The notes under the pieces were generated by a model. The model saw nothing but the letters and a program-made list of their open reading frames with translations. It did not search any database and was not told the origin of the DNA. A DNA stretch of 64,000 nt from an uncultured Acidobacteriota bacterium (GTDB lineage: Bacteria; Acidobacteriota; Vicinamibacteria; Vicinamibacterales; CAVVIG01): NCBI GenBank assembly GCA_963720005.1, contig CAVREM010000010.1, positions 3,471 to 67,470 of the forward strand. Reading direction: 5' to 3'. Shown one piece after another: positions 21,539 through 36,297 of the stretch. Numbering within the stretch: position 1 is the first letter of the stretch; each line of letters starts with the position of its first letter. A program made the translations under genes and the position numbers.

Positions 21539-23434
21539 TTAAAAGTGGACGGTGACGCCGCCGACGATGCGCTTCGGAGGACGGATGGTCAGCAGCTCGT
21601 CGTAGACCGATTGATCCGCGGTCGTCTCGCGGAAGAAGTTCCTGACGGCCACCAACATTTCCCACCGCGCGGTGCTGAAGTCGAGGAATGGCAGCGACTG
21701 ACGGACCTGGACATCGAATCGCGAGTCGAAGCCTGGCCGCTCGAGCTCACCATCACGCACCTGTGATGCGGCGCGAGCAAACGCGTTGCTGACGCGGTAG
21801 AGCACGAGCACCTTGGTCGCGGTCTCGGGCACGTCGGCCTGAATGGTCGTCGCGACGTCGTGAATCCGCTCGGCGGCCGGGCGGAGGGCGGAGGGCGCCA
21901 CCAGCAGGAGGAGCTTCGTCCCCTCAGCGGGAACCATTTGCGCGGTCGCGAGCGAGTACGCCACCGAGCCCTCGATGCGTCCAGCGAACACCGTCGACAG
22001 CGATGCCGTGCAGCCCTGCACGGTGGCATCGCCCGCGTTGCTGATCAGATAGTGGCCCAGCTTTGCGCCCGGCTGCGACGGCAGATCGACGCCAAACAAC
22101 GTCACGAGCTGATCGTCCACCCGCTGGCGGAACGCACCGAACGAGAGCGTCGAGGCCGCAACGTCGCGCTCCACTGCCACCGATACGTGCATCGTGCGTG
22201 ACGCATCCAGCATCTCGCCCCGTTCGAGCGACGAGAACGTGCGCTGCGGTGGCAGCCAGATCCCCGTATCGGAGGGCGGCAGGAATTCCTCGGCTCCAGG
22301 CGCCAGCGTCTGGCGTGAGACGACGGTCGTCACTCGGAAGTGATCGGTCGGCGATACCGTCAGCGCGACGCGCGGGCTGATGAGCGTGCGATGCTCGAGA
22401 TAATCGTACTGTGCGTAGCGGCCGCCGTAGGAGAAGGTCAGCGCCGGCGCAATCGCAAACGTGTCGACCGCGTAGACCATGCCGGCGTTGCGGCTGCCAT
22501 CGGACACGTCGCGCAGCGCCAGCTGGTTGCCGCCGTCGTACCGCTGCGTGCTGTACGACATGCCGAACTGGTACTGGTGGCGGGCCGGCGCGCGCGTCCG
22601 GTACGAGCCAGCCAGCAGCCACGACGTGAGGTCGGCCTCGCTGAGCACGCCCCGCACCATCCAGTCGCCCTGATCGCCCACCGGCGCTCCCAACCGGACG
22701 TACGCCGCACCGCGCGCGGTGTTGCTGCCCGAGAAGAGCTGCCGAGGCGTGTCGAACGAACTCGTCGTCAGCAGGTTGACCTGGCCGGAGAACGGCGTGT
22801 CTGCGAAGAAGCTGGTGGCTAATCGCGCCGGCGCCTCGATCGCGCGTCCAAACGCGGCGATATCCCCGTCCGATTCGCCATCGACGATCGTCGCAATCTC
22901 AGCGTCCTTGAGGATGCCGCGGCGCGCGTGGCGGATGCGCCAGGCTGTTTCACTCTGCTCTTCCGGCTTGTCGCTGTCGCCGGACGCTCGGGGAGACTGG
23001 GGCTCGACTGGATCCACCTCGGGCTGTGCGGCACTGATCAGCCCGACGCCGGCCGCGAGAATCTGGGGATCAGCCTTGCGCAGCGCGAGCGGCGATGCGA
23101 CGCGGCTGCCGGAGCCGACGTCGAGCGTCCGGCCGCGCGATGCGGCAAAACCCTTTCGGTGTGCGCGTATCAGGTAGGCGCCTGGAGCGGGCGTCGTGAT
23201 CTCGAAGCGGCCACCGTTGTCGGAGATCGCGAAGATGGTGACGGTGCCAATCGCCGATACCATGGCACCGGCAATCGGCGCGCCGCTTTCGTCGGTGACC
23301 ACGCCGTAGACGACGCCAGGCGGAGCCTTGGGCGTTTCAGGGCTGGGGCTCTGAGCGAACGCGCCCGCCACGGAACCCAGAGCGATCAGCACGCCGACGA
23401 CCGACGCCGCCAATGGTCTGGATGTGCCTGCCAT
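21539..23434 (-). CDS. outer-membrane beta-barrel protein with an N-terminal carboxypeptidase-regulatory-like domain (TonB-dependent-receptor-like)
   Basis: An intact 631-aa ORF. Signal peptide ...LIALGSVAGAFAQ; GVVYGVVTDESGAPIAGAMVSAIG...DNGGRFEITTPAPGAYLIRAHRKGF (CarboxypepD_reg pattern); alternating beta-strand sequence; C-terminal ...IVGGVTVHF (terminal aromatic residue). Confidence 0.75.
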   Translation of the reverse strand: MAGTSRPLAASVVGVLIALGSVAGAFAQSPSPETPKAPPGVVYGVVTDESGAPIAGAMVSAIGTVTIFAISDNGGRFEITTPAPGAYLIRAHRKGFAASRGRTLDVGSGSRVASPLALRKADPQILAAGVGLISAAQPEVDPVEPQSPRASGDSDKPEEQSETAWRIRHARRGILKDAEIATIVDGESDGDIAAFGRAIEAPARLATSFFADTPFSGQVNLLTTSSFDTPRQLFSGSNTARGAAYVRLGAPVGDQGDWMVRGVLSEADLTSWLLAGSYRTRAPARHQYQFGMSYSTQRYDGGNQLALRDVSDGSRNAGMVYAVDTFAIAPALTFSYGGRYAQYDYLEHRTLISPRVALTVSPTDHFRVTTVVSRQTLAPGAEEFLPPSDTGIWLPPQRTFSSLERGEMLDASRTMHVSVAVERDVAASTLSFGAFRQRVDDQLVTLFGVDLPSQPGAKLGHYLISNAGDATVQGCTASLSTVFAGRIEGSVAYSLATAQMVPAEGTKLLLLVAPSALRPAAERIHDVATTIQADVPETATKVLVLYRVSNAFARAASQVRDGELERPGFDSRFDVQVRQSLPFLDFSTARWEMLVAVRNFFRETTADQSVYDELLTIRPPKRIVGGVTVHF

Positions 23435-23486
23435 ATTTCTCCGGAGCCTCGAACGCCTCAGGAGTCAGTTTACGCCCGTTCGGGTC

Positions 23487-24578
23487 CTATTGAGCGCCGA
23501 CTGTGAAATTCACGTTCCGGGTCACGGTCTTCTCGGCCAGCTTATCCGTCACCTTGATCTCCAGCCGGTACTCGCCCTCCGGGAACGAGGTCAGTGGCAC
23601 GGCCTGACCCGCTTGCAGCTGGTGGCCGGCGGCAAAGTCGAACCCGGGCGGCAGGGTCTGCGCGTTGAGGTTCTGCGGGTTGGTCTTGTTGAAGAACTTC
23701 TCGGCCCCCCCCACGGTCGTGTGGAAGTTGAACTCGACGCTGATGTCCGGCTTGTTGTCCTTGTCGGTCTTGGCGTTGTAAACGAGCAGGAACGTCTGGA
23801 GCTCGTCGCTCTTCGCGAACTTCGTATCCATGACCGGGACGATTTCCATCGCGCCCAGGGCGTACGGCCGTTCGGCCTGCTGCTGCGGCGTGAGCGGCGC
23901 CGGCAGCGGGTCGATGCGCTCGGCAACGAACACCGAGCTGGTGTTGAGCTCCTCGCTCCACAGGTCGGGCACCTGCACGGTCTGCTTCAGGAGCGACACC
24001 TTCTGCGGCGGCGCATTCTTTTGCGGCTTTTCCGGCGTCGGCTCCTTGACCAACAAGTACAGGTCGTAGGAGCCGGGTCCGACCGCAAACGATCGGCTGA
24101 TCCGCTCGGGTCCCTTCGCGCCAGACGACACCGCGAACGTGTTCATGTCTTCGTAGGCGAAGTCGACGCGCGGAGGCGGCTGACTCTTGTTATCGCCCTG
24201 TTTCTGGTTCGCCGCGGGTGGAGGCGGCGCGGCGGCGGCCGTCTGTGAAACGACCCGCCAATACACCGTGAGCGTCTTGGCGGTCGTCGCCCCCGGGTTG
24301 ATCGTCACGGTGAAGGGCACGTACTGCTTCCCGCCCTGCGCTTTCAGCAGGTCCTGCCGTGCCCAGGTCAGCGAGAGATCGTTCGGCGGCGGTTGCCCGG
24401 CGGCCGCGGCGTCGATCGCCTGCGTGATCGCGGTGAGCTCTGCTTTCTGTGCGTTGGTCAGCTTCGGTGGCTGGTTCGGAGGCTTTTGATTTCGATCCTG
24501 CGCGAAGAGCGACGCCGAGAGAGCCACCGCCACTGCACCAACCGCCACTGCGCCTCGCCGAGTCAGCATGTTGTACAT
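23487..24578 (-). CDS. secreted hypothetical protein
   Basis: An ATG at 24578 or 24569, preceded by GGAG. Signal peptide MLTRRGAVAVGAVAVALSASLFAQ; Pro/Gln-rich linkers; beta-rich C-terminal domain ...FPEGEYRLEIKVTDKLAEKTVTRNVNFTV. I do not recognise a family. Confidence 0.6.
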   Translation of the reverse strand: MYNMLTRRGAVAVGAVAVALSASLFAQDRNQKPPNQPPKLTNAQKAELTAITQAIDAAAAGQPPPNDLSLTWARQDLLKAQGGKQYVPFTVTINPGATTAKTLTVYWRVVSQTAAAAPPPPAANQKQGDNKSQPPPRVDFAYEDMNTFAVSSGAKGPERISRSFAVGPGSYDLYLLVKEPTPEKPQKNAPPQKVSLLKQTVQVPDLWSEELNTSSVFVAERIDPLPAPLTPQQQAERPYALGAMEIVPVMDTKFAKSDELQTFLLVYNAKTDKDNKPDISVEFNFHTTVGGAEKFFNKTNPQNLNAQTLPPGFDFAAGHQLQAGQAVPLTSFPEGEYRLEIKVTDKLAEKTVTRNVNFTVGAQ

Positions 24579-24812
24579 CTCCACAACATAAATAATGGGC
24601 GAACAGCCAATCATAGACACGTGTCTAATGCAAGTCAAACCACTCTGTTCGCAGCACTTCAGCCGTCGCCGCGGCTCGTGCGTGCTATCATCGCAGCCCC
24701 TCGGGATCCGATGCAGCTCAGCGAGGCGAGCGAACCAGCCGGGGCACTTTTCTGCGCCCGGCTCGTCAGCACAGCATCCGTTCTTCACTCGGCGATCGAC
24801 CCCTGAGCCACG

Positions 24813-26102
24813 ATGTCCGCGCTTCTCGACGACACGCTCGTCATCGTTCTGGCCGGCGGCGCCGGCGAACGCCTCTATCCGCTCACGAAGGATCGCGCGA
24901 AGCCCGCCGTCTACTTTGGCGGGCCCTACCGGATCATCGATTTCGCGCTGAGCAACTGCATCAACTCGGGCCTCCGCCGCATCTTCATCGCGACGCAGTA
25001 CAAGTCGCTCTCGCTCAACCGCCACATGCGGATGGGCTGGAACATCGTCTCCGAAGAGCTCGGCGAATTCATCGAGATCCTGCCGCCGCAGAAGCGCGTC
25101 GAGCGAACACTGGTATCAGGGGACTGCCGATGCCGTGTATCAGAACCTGTACTCGGTGACTCGCGAGAGCCCCCGCCACGTGATCGTTCTCTCGGGCGAT
25201 CACGTGTACAAGATGGATTACGCGCGCATGCTCCGGTCTCACCAGGACCGCGCGCGGCCGTCACGCTCGCCGCGATTGAAGTGCCGCTCGCCGACGGCCC
25301 GCGCTACGGCATCGTCGGCATCGATGAGCAGGAGCGCGTGACCGGCTTCGAGGAAAAGCCGGCCACCCCCAGCGCCATTCCGGGCGCGCCGGACCTGGCG
25401 CTGGCGAACATGGGCGTCTATGTCTTCGACACCGACGCGCTCGTGCAGGCGCTCGAGGCCGACGCCGATCAGCCGACGACTCACGATTTCGGCAAGGACA
25501 TCATTCCCGCGCTCATCCACCAGGCGCGCGTCTTCGCCTATCGCTTCTACGACGAGAACAAGAAGGCGTCGAAGTACTGGCGCGACGTCGGGACGCTCGA
25601 TGCGTACTTCGAAGCGAACATGGATCTCTGCCAGGTGAACCCGGAGTTCAACCTGTACGATCCGGAATGGCCGCTGCGCACCTACCAGCCGCAGGCGCCG
25701 CCGGCGAAGTTCGTCTTCGCCGAGGTCGGGCACCGGTGCGGCCAGGCGCTCGACTCGGTGATCTCGCCGGGCTGCATCGTGTCGGGCAGCAGCATCTACG
25801 GCAGCGTCCTCTGCCCGAACGTGCGCGTGCACAGCTTCTGTCACATCGAGCAGTGCATCCTGATGCCGGGCGTGCGCGTCGGCCGCCACGCGCGGATCCG
25901 CCGCGCGATCATCGATCGCGACGTGCTGATTCCGCGCGGCGCGCTCATCGGCTACAACGCCGACGAGGATCGCAAGCGCCACACCGTCACCGATTCTGGC
26001 GTCGTCGTCGTCACGACCGACGACGAGCCGCTGATCGGTCCGCTCAGCGACGAGGCGCTGCGCTACGAGGCCGAGGCCGATCGCCGCGGCGGCGGCGCGT
26101 AG
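24813..26102 (+). pseudogene. glgC: glucose-1-phosphate adenylyltransferase, with an internal ~150-nt stretch out of frame (insertion near 25100, deletion near 25252)
   Basis: [44 protein letters not shown]...PPQKRV, then (+1 frame) [44 protein letters not shown], then (back) [10 protein letters not shown]...YWRDVGTLDAYFEANMDL... Confidence 0.9.
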
Positions 26103-27479
<1,377 letters not shown>

Positions 27480-27487
27480 CATTCGTC

Positions 27488-28237
27488 ATGCATAAACTTG
27501 TTCTACTGCGCCACGGCGAAAGCGTCTGGAATCGTGAAAACCGGTTCACCGGCTGGACCGACGTCGACCTCTCCGAACGGGGACGCGCAGGAAGCGCAGG
27601 AGGCGGGCCGCCTGCTCAAGGAGGGCGGCTACGTGTTCGATATCGCCTTTACGTCGGTCCTGAAGCGGGCGATCCGCACGCTGTGGTATCTCGCTCGACG
27701 CTCTCGATCTGATGTGGATTCCCGTCGAGAAAGACTGGCGGCTGAACGAGCGGCATTACGGCGCCCTGCAGGGCCTGAACAAGGCGGAGACCGCGCAACA
27801 GCACGGGGACGATCAGGTCAAGATCTGGCGCCGCAGCTACGACATCCCGCCGCCGCCGCTGACACCCGACGACGAGCGCCATCCGTCGCGCGATCCGCGT
27901 TACGCGTCGCTCGATCCGAAAGTGCTGCCGCTGACCGAGTCGCTCAAGGACACGGTCGCGCGATTCCTGCCGTACTGGCACGAGGCGATCGCGCCGACGA
28001 TCGCCGCCGGCCGGCGCGTCATCATCGCGGCGCACGGCAACAGCCTGCGCGCGCTGGTCAAATACCTCGACGACGTGTCGGAGGCAGACATCCTCGAGCT
28101 CAATATTCCGACCGGCATCCCGCTCGTCTACGAGCTCGACGACTCGCTGCGGTCCGCTCCGCCACTACTACCTTGGCGATCCCGCGGCGGCCGCCGCTGC
28201 AGCCGCGCGCGTCGCGGCGCAGACGCGTCAGAAATAA
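27488..28237 (+). pseudogene. gpmA: 2,3-bisphosphoglycerate-dependent phosphoglycerate mutase, with three +1 insertions (near 27583, 27692 and 28153)
   Basis: [32 protein letters not shown]; then [35 protein letters not shown]; then [33 protein letters not shown]...[17 protein letters not shown]...IPLVYELD; then [28 protein letters not shown]. Confidence 0.9.
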
Positions 28238-28268
28238 AAAGGGCCGATCCGCTCGCGCGAATCGGCCC
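28232..28268. terminator. bidirectional rho-independent-type terminator between gpmA and the convergent 103-aa gene
   Basis: GGGCCGAT-(12 nt)-ATCGGCCC (28241-28268), preceded by AAATAAAAA. On the minus strand the hairpin is therefore followed by TTTTTATTT. Confidence 0.55.
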
Positions 28269-28298
28269 AGCTCGTTGACGACTGACTACCGACGGCCC

Positions 28299-28316
28299 GC
28301 GGACCTGAAGGTCCGC
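28299..28316. repeat. REP-like hairpin GCGGACC-tgaa-GGTCCGC
   Basis: A perfect 7-bp stem with a 4-nt loop. The same stem family recurs at 41970-41987, 46105-46121 and 58396-58414. Confidence 0.8.
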
Positions 28317-28342
28317 ACGACAACTGCTTGCTCGACGACTGC

Positions 28343-28654
28343 TTACTCGACCGGCTCCGCCGTTTCGTCCGCCGCAATCCGCAGCGACCGTAGGAAGCGG
28401 CGATCGTTGGCCGTTACTTCGAACGTCCGCCGCTGCTGCACGTCCCGGACCGGTCGCGTCTGCGTGGTGACCTTCGCGAGCGCAGCGCTCTGCGATCGGT
28501 TCACGAAGCCGACGATGGCCTCGAGCGTGACTTTCATCTCGAACCCGGCCGCGCGTGCCTTCTCGCGGCACGCTTCGACTTGCGGATTCTCTGCGACCGC
28601 CGCTGCAATCGCGTCGGCCAGTTCACGGGCGAACCGGTTGACGACGTCGTCCAT
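28343..28654 (-). CDS. hypothetical 103-aa protein
   Basis: An intact ORF with coding-like composition: [50 protein letters not shown]... I do not recognise a family. Confidence 0.5.
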   Translation of the reverse strand: MDDVVNRFARELADAIAAAVAENPQVEACREKARAAGFEMKVTLEAIVGFVNRSQSAALAKVTTQTRPVRDVQQRRTFEVTANDRRFLRSLRIAADETAEPVE

Positions 28655-28892
28655 GCTCGTTCCCTCCTACGCCGCCGGGCCGGATTCCGCCGGCGCTTCC
28701 CGATCCAGTCTGCTTACACCAAGGCGTGCACAGAGACCAGGCGCCTCTGAATCGTGTATGTCGGAATAGGTTTGCAGGTAATTCGAGTGTACGGCTGAGT
28801 GCGGTGGCTGTCAAGGAGTTACAGCCACTTGTACACGAAACTTCGTTGTGGTACACACACTCTCCGTCGACCCCAGTCGATAAGGAGCGTGC

Positions 28893-29542
28893 ATGCGGAC
28901 AGTGAAACGGACGGCGCTCGTCTGCGCGGCGTGCCTGATGGCGGCTGCGAGCGCGGCTGCTCAGAATGTCACCGCCGGCGTGAAAGGGGGCTTCGTGCTG
29001 AACAGCATCCCCAATGCTGGTCAAGTCATCGATCAGATCACAGCTGATTGAAAGCGTCGACGTCTCCGCCAAGTTCGGATTGACGGGCGGCGGCTATCGT
29101 GCAGTTCGCGTTCAACGATCAGTTCTCCCTGCAGCCCGAGATGCTGTTCGTCATGAAAGGCGTCAACCTCGATCTCGAGGACAACATCGGAAGCGCGACC
29201 GCCAAAGTGAACTACCTCGAGTTTCCGATATTCCTACGCTTTAACCGAACGCTCAACGACACGGTGCGCGGCTTCGTGATGGCCGGTCCTTCGTTCGCGG
29301 TAAAGGTGGGAACCGGCGGGACGCTCGACGGCGTCCAGGGCACAAGCGATTTCGATATCGATCCGGCGATCGGCAGCCGCGACTTCGGTCTGGCATTCGC
29401 CGGCGGCCTCGAGTGGCAGAAATTCCTCGTCGAAGCGCGCTACGTGCTGGGGCTGACCGACATCGCCACCGACATCTACTTCCACGAAGACGCACTGCGG
29501 AATCGCTCGTTCAGCATCATGGTCGGATTGCGCCTGCCCTAG
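28893..29542 (+). pseudogene. small outer-membrane beta-barrel protein (OmpA-N/porin-like 8-strand family), with two +1 insertions (near 29030 and 29097)
   Basis: AAGGAG lies 6 nt upstream of the ATG at 28893. Signal peptide MRTVKRTALVCAACLMAAASAAAQ; GVKGGFVLNSI; then SVDVSAKFGLTGGGY; then VQFAFNDQFSLQPEMLFVMKG...YLEFPIFLRF...[12 protein letters not shown]...[11 protein letters not shown]. Confidence 0.75.
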
Positions 29543-29600
29543 CCCCCCAACAAGGCCCGGAACGCCAGGACAAGCGCAGTACAATTGCGGCCGGTCCTCT

Positions 29601-31105
<1,505 letters not shown>

Positions 31106-31106
<1 letters not shown>

Positions 31107-31911
31107 TGCTCGAAGTGTCCCACCTGACGACGGTCTTCGAGCTGCCGACCGGAACTGTCCCGGCGGTCGATGACGTCAGCTTCGAGATCCGCGAGGGCGA
31201 AACGCTGGGGCTGGTGGGCGAATCGGGGAGCGGCAAGTCCGTCACGGCGCTCTCGATCATGCGTCTCGTCCAGCCGCCCGGCCGAATCGCCGGCGGCACC
31301 GTGTCGTTCAAGGGCCGTCAACTGCTGGCGCTCTCCGAACGCGAGATGCGCGCGATCCGAGGGGCCGAAATTGCGCTCATCTTTCAGGAGCCGATGACGG
31401 CACTGAACCCGGTGTTCACGATCGGCGATCAGATCCGCGAAACGCTGCTCGTGCACCGGCGCGTGGCCCGCCGCGACGCCCACGCGCGGGCGATCGAGCT
31501 GCTCGAGTCGGTGCGGATTCCCGACGCGGCGACGCGCGTCAATGACTACCCGCATCAGCTGTCCGGCGGCATGCGGCAGCGCGTCCTGATCGCCCTGGCG
31601 CTGGCGTGCCGCCCCTCGCTGGTCATCGCGGACGAGCCGACGACGGCGCTCGATGTCACGATCCAGGCGGAAATCCTCGACCTGCTCCGGGAGATGCGGT
31701 CGGCATTCAACCTGTCGATGCTTCTCATCACCCACGATCTCGGCGTGATCGCGCAAACCGCCGACCGCGTCGCCGTCATGTATGCCGGCCGCATCGTCGA
31801 ACAGGCGCCAGTCCGCGACATCTTTCATCGGCCCGAGCATCCCTACACGCGCGCCCTGCTCGCGTCGATTCCGGGGCGGCAAGGCCCGACGGCGGCCGGC
31901 GGCGAGTCGTG

Positions 31912-31912
<1 letters not shown>
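31106..31912 (+). CDS. ABC transporter ATP-binding protein, peptide/nickel (DppD/OppD) type, short form
   Basis: The start shares one base with the mutase stop codon (TGATG). GESGSGKSV (Walker A), [10 protein letters not shown] (signature), [12 protein letters not shown] (Walker B), ITHDLGV. It ends shortly after [13 protein letters not shown], so the usual C-terminal extension is missing. Confidence 0.8.
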
Positions 31913-32791
<879 letters not shown>

Positions 32792-32807
32792 GGCTAGACT
32801 AGGGGTG

Positions 32808-33622
32808 ATGACCCGCGGACGGCGGACGATCGCCCTCGCTGCGGCAGGTTTGCTGCTCCTGACGTCGGCTTCTTCGGCGCAGCGCAGCATGTTCCGCCGC
32901 TACGAGCTCGCCACGCCGGATTCGTTCGACGGCGCCTTTCAATTCTGCCGGGTGTTCTACCGGACTGCCGCCAACGGCGACGGGGGCGACTGGCAGGTCG
33001 ACTTCCCGCGGGCTGATTCGAACCTGATGACCCGCATGTCCGAGCTGACCAAGACCCCGATCAGCCGATTGCCCGACGGCGAGCCGAATCACGTGATCAT
33101 CCGCTTGACGCAGCCCGAGCTGTTCAAGTGCCCGTTCATCATGATGACGGAGGTCGGCAACATCTACCTCGACGAGCAGGAAGCCAAGAGCGCTCCACGA
33201 CTACTTGTTGAAGGGCGGCTTCCTGTGGGCCGACGACTTCTGGGGCGAGTACGCCTGGGCGGTGTGGGACAGCCAGTTCCGCAAGGTGCTGCCGACGGGG
33301 CCGTATCCATATCGTGGATCTGCCGATGGAGCATCCGATCTTCCGTCAGTTCTTCACGATCCCGCGTTTCCCGCAGATTCCGTCGATCGGCGCCTGGCGC
33401 GGCACCGGGGGAGGCACCTCGGAGCGCGGCTTCGACAGCCGGGTGCCGCACGCGCGAGCGGTCTTCGACGACCACGGCCGGATCATGGTGCTCATCACGC
33501 ACAACACCGACTTCGGCGATTCCTTCGAGGAGGAAGCGACCGATCGCGAATACTTCATCCGCTTCTCGGTCGACGGATACGCGTTCGGCATCAACGCGCT
33601 GCTCTACGCGATGTCGCACTAA
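32808..33622 (+). pseudogene. DUF4159-like secreted protein, with two +1 insertions (near 33191 and 33305)
   Basis: Signal peptide MTRGRRTIALAAAGLLLLTSASSAQ; FQFCRVFYR...GGDWQVDFPRADSNLMTRMSELT...FIMMTEVGNIYLDEQEAKS; then LHDYLLKGGFLWADDFWGEYAW; then IVDLPMEHPIFRQFF...VLITHNTDFGDSFEEE...GINALLYAMSH. Confidence 0.7.
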
Positions 33623-35544
33623 TCGATCGCGTAGACCCGCGCGGTCTCGTCTGAGTAGACCAGCTTCAGCACCTTCTCGAACTGCCGCAGCCGCTCTTCG
33701 ACCACCGGCCACTCGCCCGGCGGGTACAAGTCGATGTGCACCACGACGTAGTCCACTCCCAGCGCGGTCAGCCGCTCGAGGCTGGTCTCGTCCGGAAACA
33801 GGCGAAGCTGGCGGAACAGCTCGTAGTGAAGCGTTGGCCGAAGGCCGCTGTACCCGTGGACGGTCTTCTGCCAGTGCGCCATCGAGTGAAGCATGTAGGC
33901 CGTCTGCCGCCGCTCCTCGCCTCCCTCGTGCGCCGTCGGCACGGGGACCTCAGCGACACTGAATGGCTTCGGCTGGCGATCGAGCCAGGCATCGGCAGCC
34001 GGAGCCTGCACGCGGTACGGTGACGTCCCCAGCGGGATGTCGGCGAATTCGGCGACGAGCAGCGCGCAAAGAGCGGCGCTGGCCATCACGCGGCGGCGGG
34101 CCGTCAGGCGAACCGCGAGACGATCGAACCCGAAGCCCGCCAGCACGGCCAGACACAGGATGCCGAGCAGCGTGAACCGCGAGGCGACGCGGATGAAGTT
34201 GAAGCCGGGAAGCCAGTAGACGGCCGGCCACAGCCCGATCGGCGGACTGGCAGACAGCCACAACGTCAGGATGGCCAGGAGCGCGTAGAACACGCGGGGA
34301 TCGCGCCGCCGCATCTCGCGCCATGCGCGGGTGCGCGTGCGCCAGCGCGCCACACGGGCGCCAACCGCGAACGGCACACGCGTGACGAGGGCCGCGCGGC
34401 CCGCCAGCGCGGCAACCAGCAGGATGGCCACGCGTGCCGTGTCTCGAACAGACAGCATCGTCCACTCGCCAATCCGCCACCGGATCGGACCGATCGCGAT
34501 CACGTAGAGGAGAACGGCGAGCGCCAGCAGCGAGACCGCCTCCAGCGCGAACGCCGTCCGGCTCCAGGACGAGCCGTACAGCACTCCCGGCGACGGACCC
34601 GCCGCCCGAGCCGGGATCAACGCCACGCTCGCGAGGATCAGCGGCAGATACCCTGGAAACAGGTACGCCCAGGCTTCGTCGTTGATCCGCCTGTCAGTGA
34701 CGTGGGAGAGGATGAACTCGTGGACGTGCGTCGGCGAGGCGAGAAAGCTCATCGCCGACACGGCCCACGTCGAGGCATCCTCGAGAGAACGGCGCAGCTG
34801 CATCTCGCGCTGCACCGCGAGGTACGGCAGCGTCACAAGCAGGGCCGGGAGAAGCAGGACCGCGCCAGCCAGTCCGAGGTCCCGGACCCGGCGGCCCGGG
34901 TCCAGCGACTCGCCGAGCGCCACGCGATAGACAACGAGCGCTCCACCGGCGACGGCTGCGAACACCGCGCCGTGACCGCTTGAAAGCGCCTGAAGGCTGA
35001 AGAACATGGCCGCGAGCCGCAGATCCCGGCGGCGTCCGCTGTCCAGATACGAATGGAGGAACGCGAGCGCGAAGGGGATCCACTGAATCATCGCGAGGTG
35101 GAGTTGTGGGAGCCGGAGAAACCGCGGCGGCGCGAAGGCAAAGACGACGCCTGCGAGGAATGCCGCGCCCTGGCTGAGACCGACGCGCCGCGCCAGCAGC
35201 CAGGCGCCCGCACCGCACAGCGCGCAGGATGCCAGCGCCGCAACGTTCATCGCCAGCACCGCGTTGCCGGTGAGCCACCACACGGGCGCCGAGAACAGAG
35301 TCCCGCCCAGCAGGTTCTCGGAGTACGCGAGCGTGCGGGCCTGCGGGTAGTAAATGTTCGCGTCGAACAGCGACAGCGGCTGCGTCACAAGCGCGTGCGC
35401 ATCCCAGGCCAGCGACCAGATGAAGAGGTCGGTATCGGGCGAAATGGCCAGCACGCGGCCGCCCGCGTCGAGGCTCAAGGGGTAGGTCAGAACAAGCGTC
35501 AGCGCGGCAAAAGCGAGAAGGACCCTCCAGAAGTGCCGCAACAC
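33619..35544 (-). CDS. polytopic membrane protein with a C-terminal soluble domain, GT-C-like (ArnT/PMT-type glycosyltransferase-like)
   Basis: An intact 641-aa ORF with at least 12 predicted TM helices. There is an acidic first loop (ISPDTDLFIWSLAWD) and a ~150-aa hydrophilic C-terminus. The family assignment rests on architecture only. Confidence 0.5.
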   Translation of the reverse strand: MLRHFWRVLLAFAALTLVLTYPLSLDAGGRVLAISPDTDLFIWSLAWDAHALVTQPLSLFDANIYYPQARTLAYSENLLGGTLFSAPVWWLTGNAVLAMNVAALASCALCGAGAWLLARRVGLSQGAAFLAGVVFAFAPPRFLRLPQLHLAMIQWIPFALAFLHSYLDSGRRRDLRLAAMFFSLQALSSGHGAVFAAVAGGALVVYRVALGESLDPGRRVRDLGLAGAVLLLPALLVTLPYLAVQREMQLRRSLEDASTWAVSAMSFLASPTHVHEFILSHVTDRRINDEAWAYLFPGYLPLILASVALIPARAAGPSPGVLYGSSWSRTAFALEAVSLLALAVLLYVIAIGPIRWRIGEWTMLSVRDTARVAILLVAALAGRAALVTRVPFAVGARVARWRTRTRAWREMRRRDPRVFYALLAILTLWLSASPPIGLWPAVYWLPGFNFIRVASRFTLLGILCLAVLAGFGFDRLAVRLTARRRVMASAALCALLVAEFADIPLGTSPYRVQAPAADAWLDRQPKPFSVAEVPVPTAHEGGEERRQTAYMLHSMAHWQKTVHGYSGLRPTLHYELFRQLRLFPDETSLERLTALGVDYVVVHIDLYPPGEWPVVEERLRQFEKVLKLVYSDETARVYAID

Positions 35545-35562
35545 AAAGCAATCAGTGACCGA

Positions 35563-36250
<688 letters not shown>

Positions 36251-36297
36251 GAGTCCCCATTGTCATACGAGATGGGGAGGAAAAGGTTCGCCAGCGG

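Noticed and set aside
24742-24756. GGGCACttttcTGCg upstream of glgC, considered as a sigma-54 promoter.
   Set aside because: The GG-to-GC spacing is one base short and the -12 box lacks the TTGC core. Given the local indel noise I cannot repair it with confidence.
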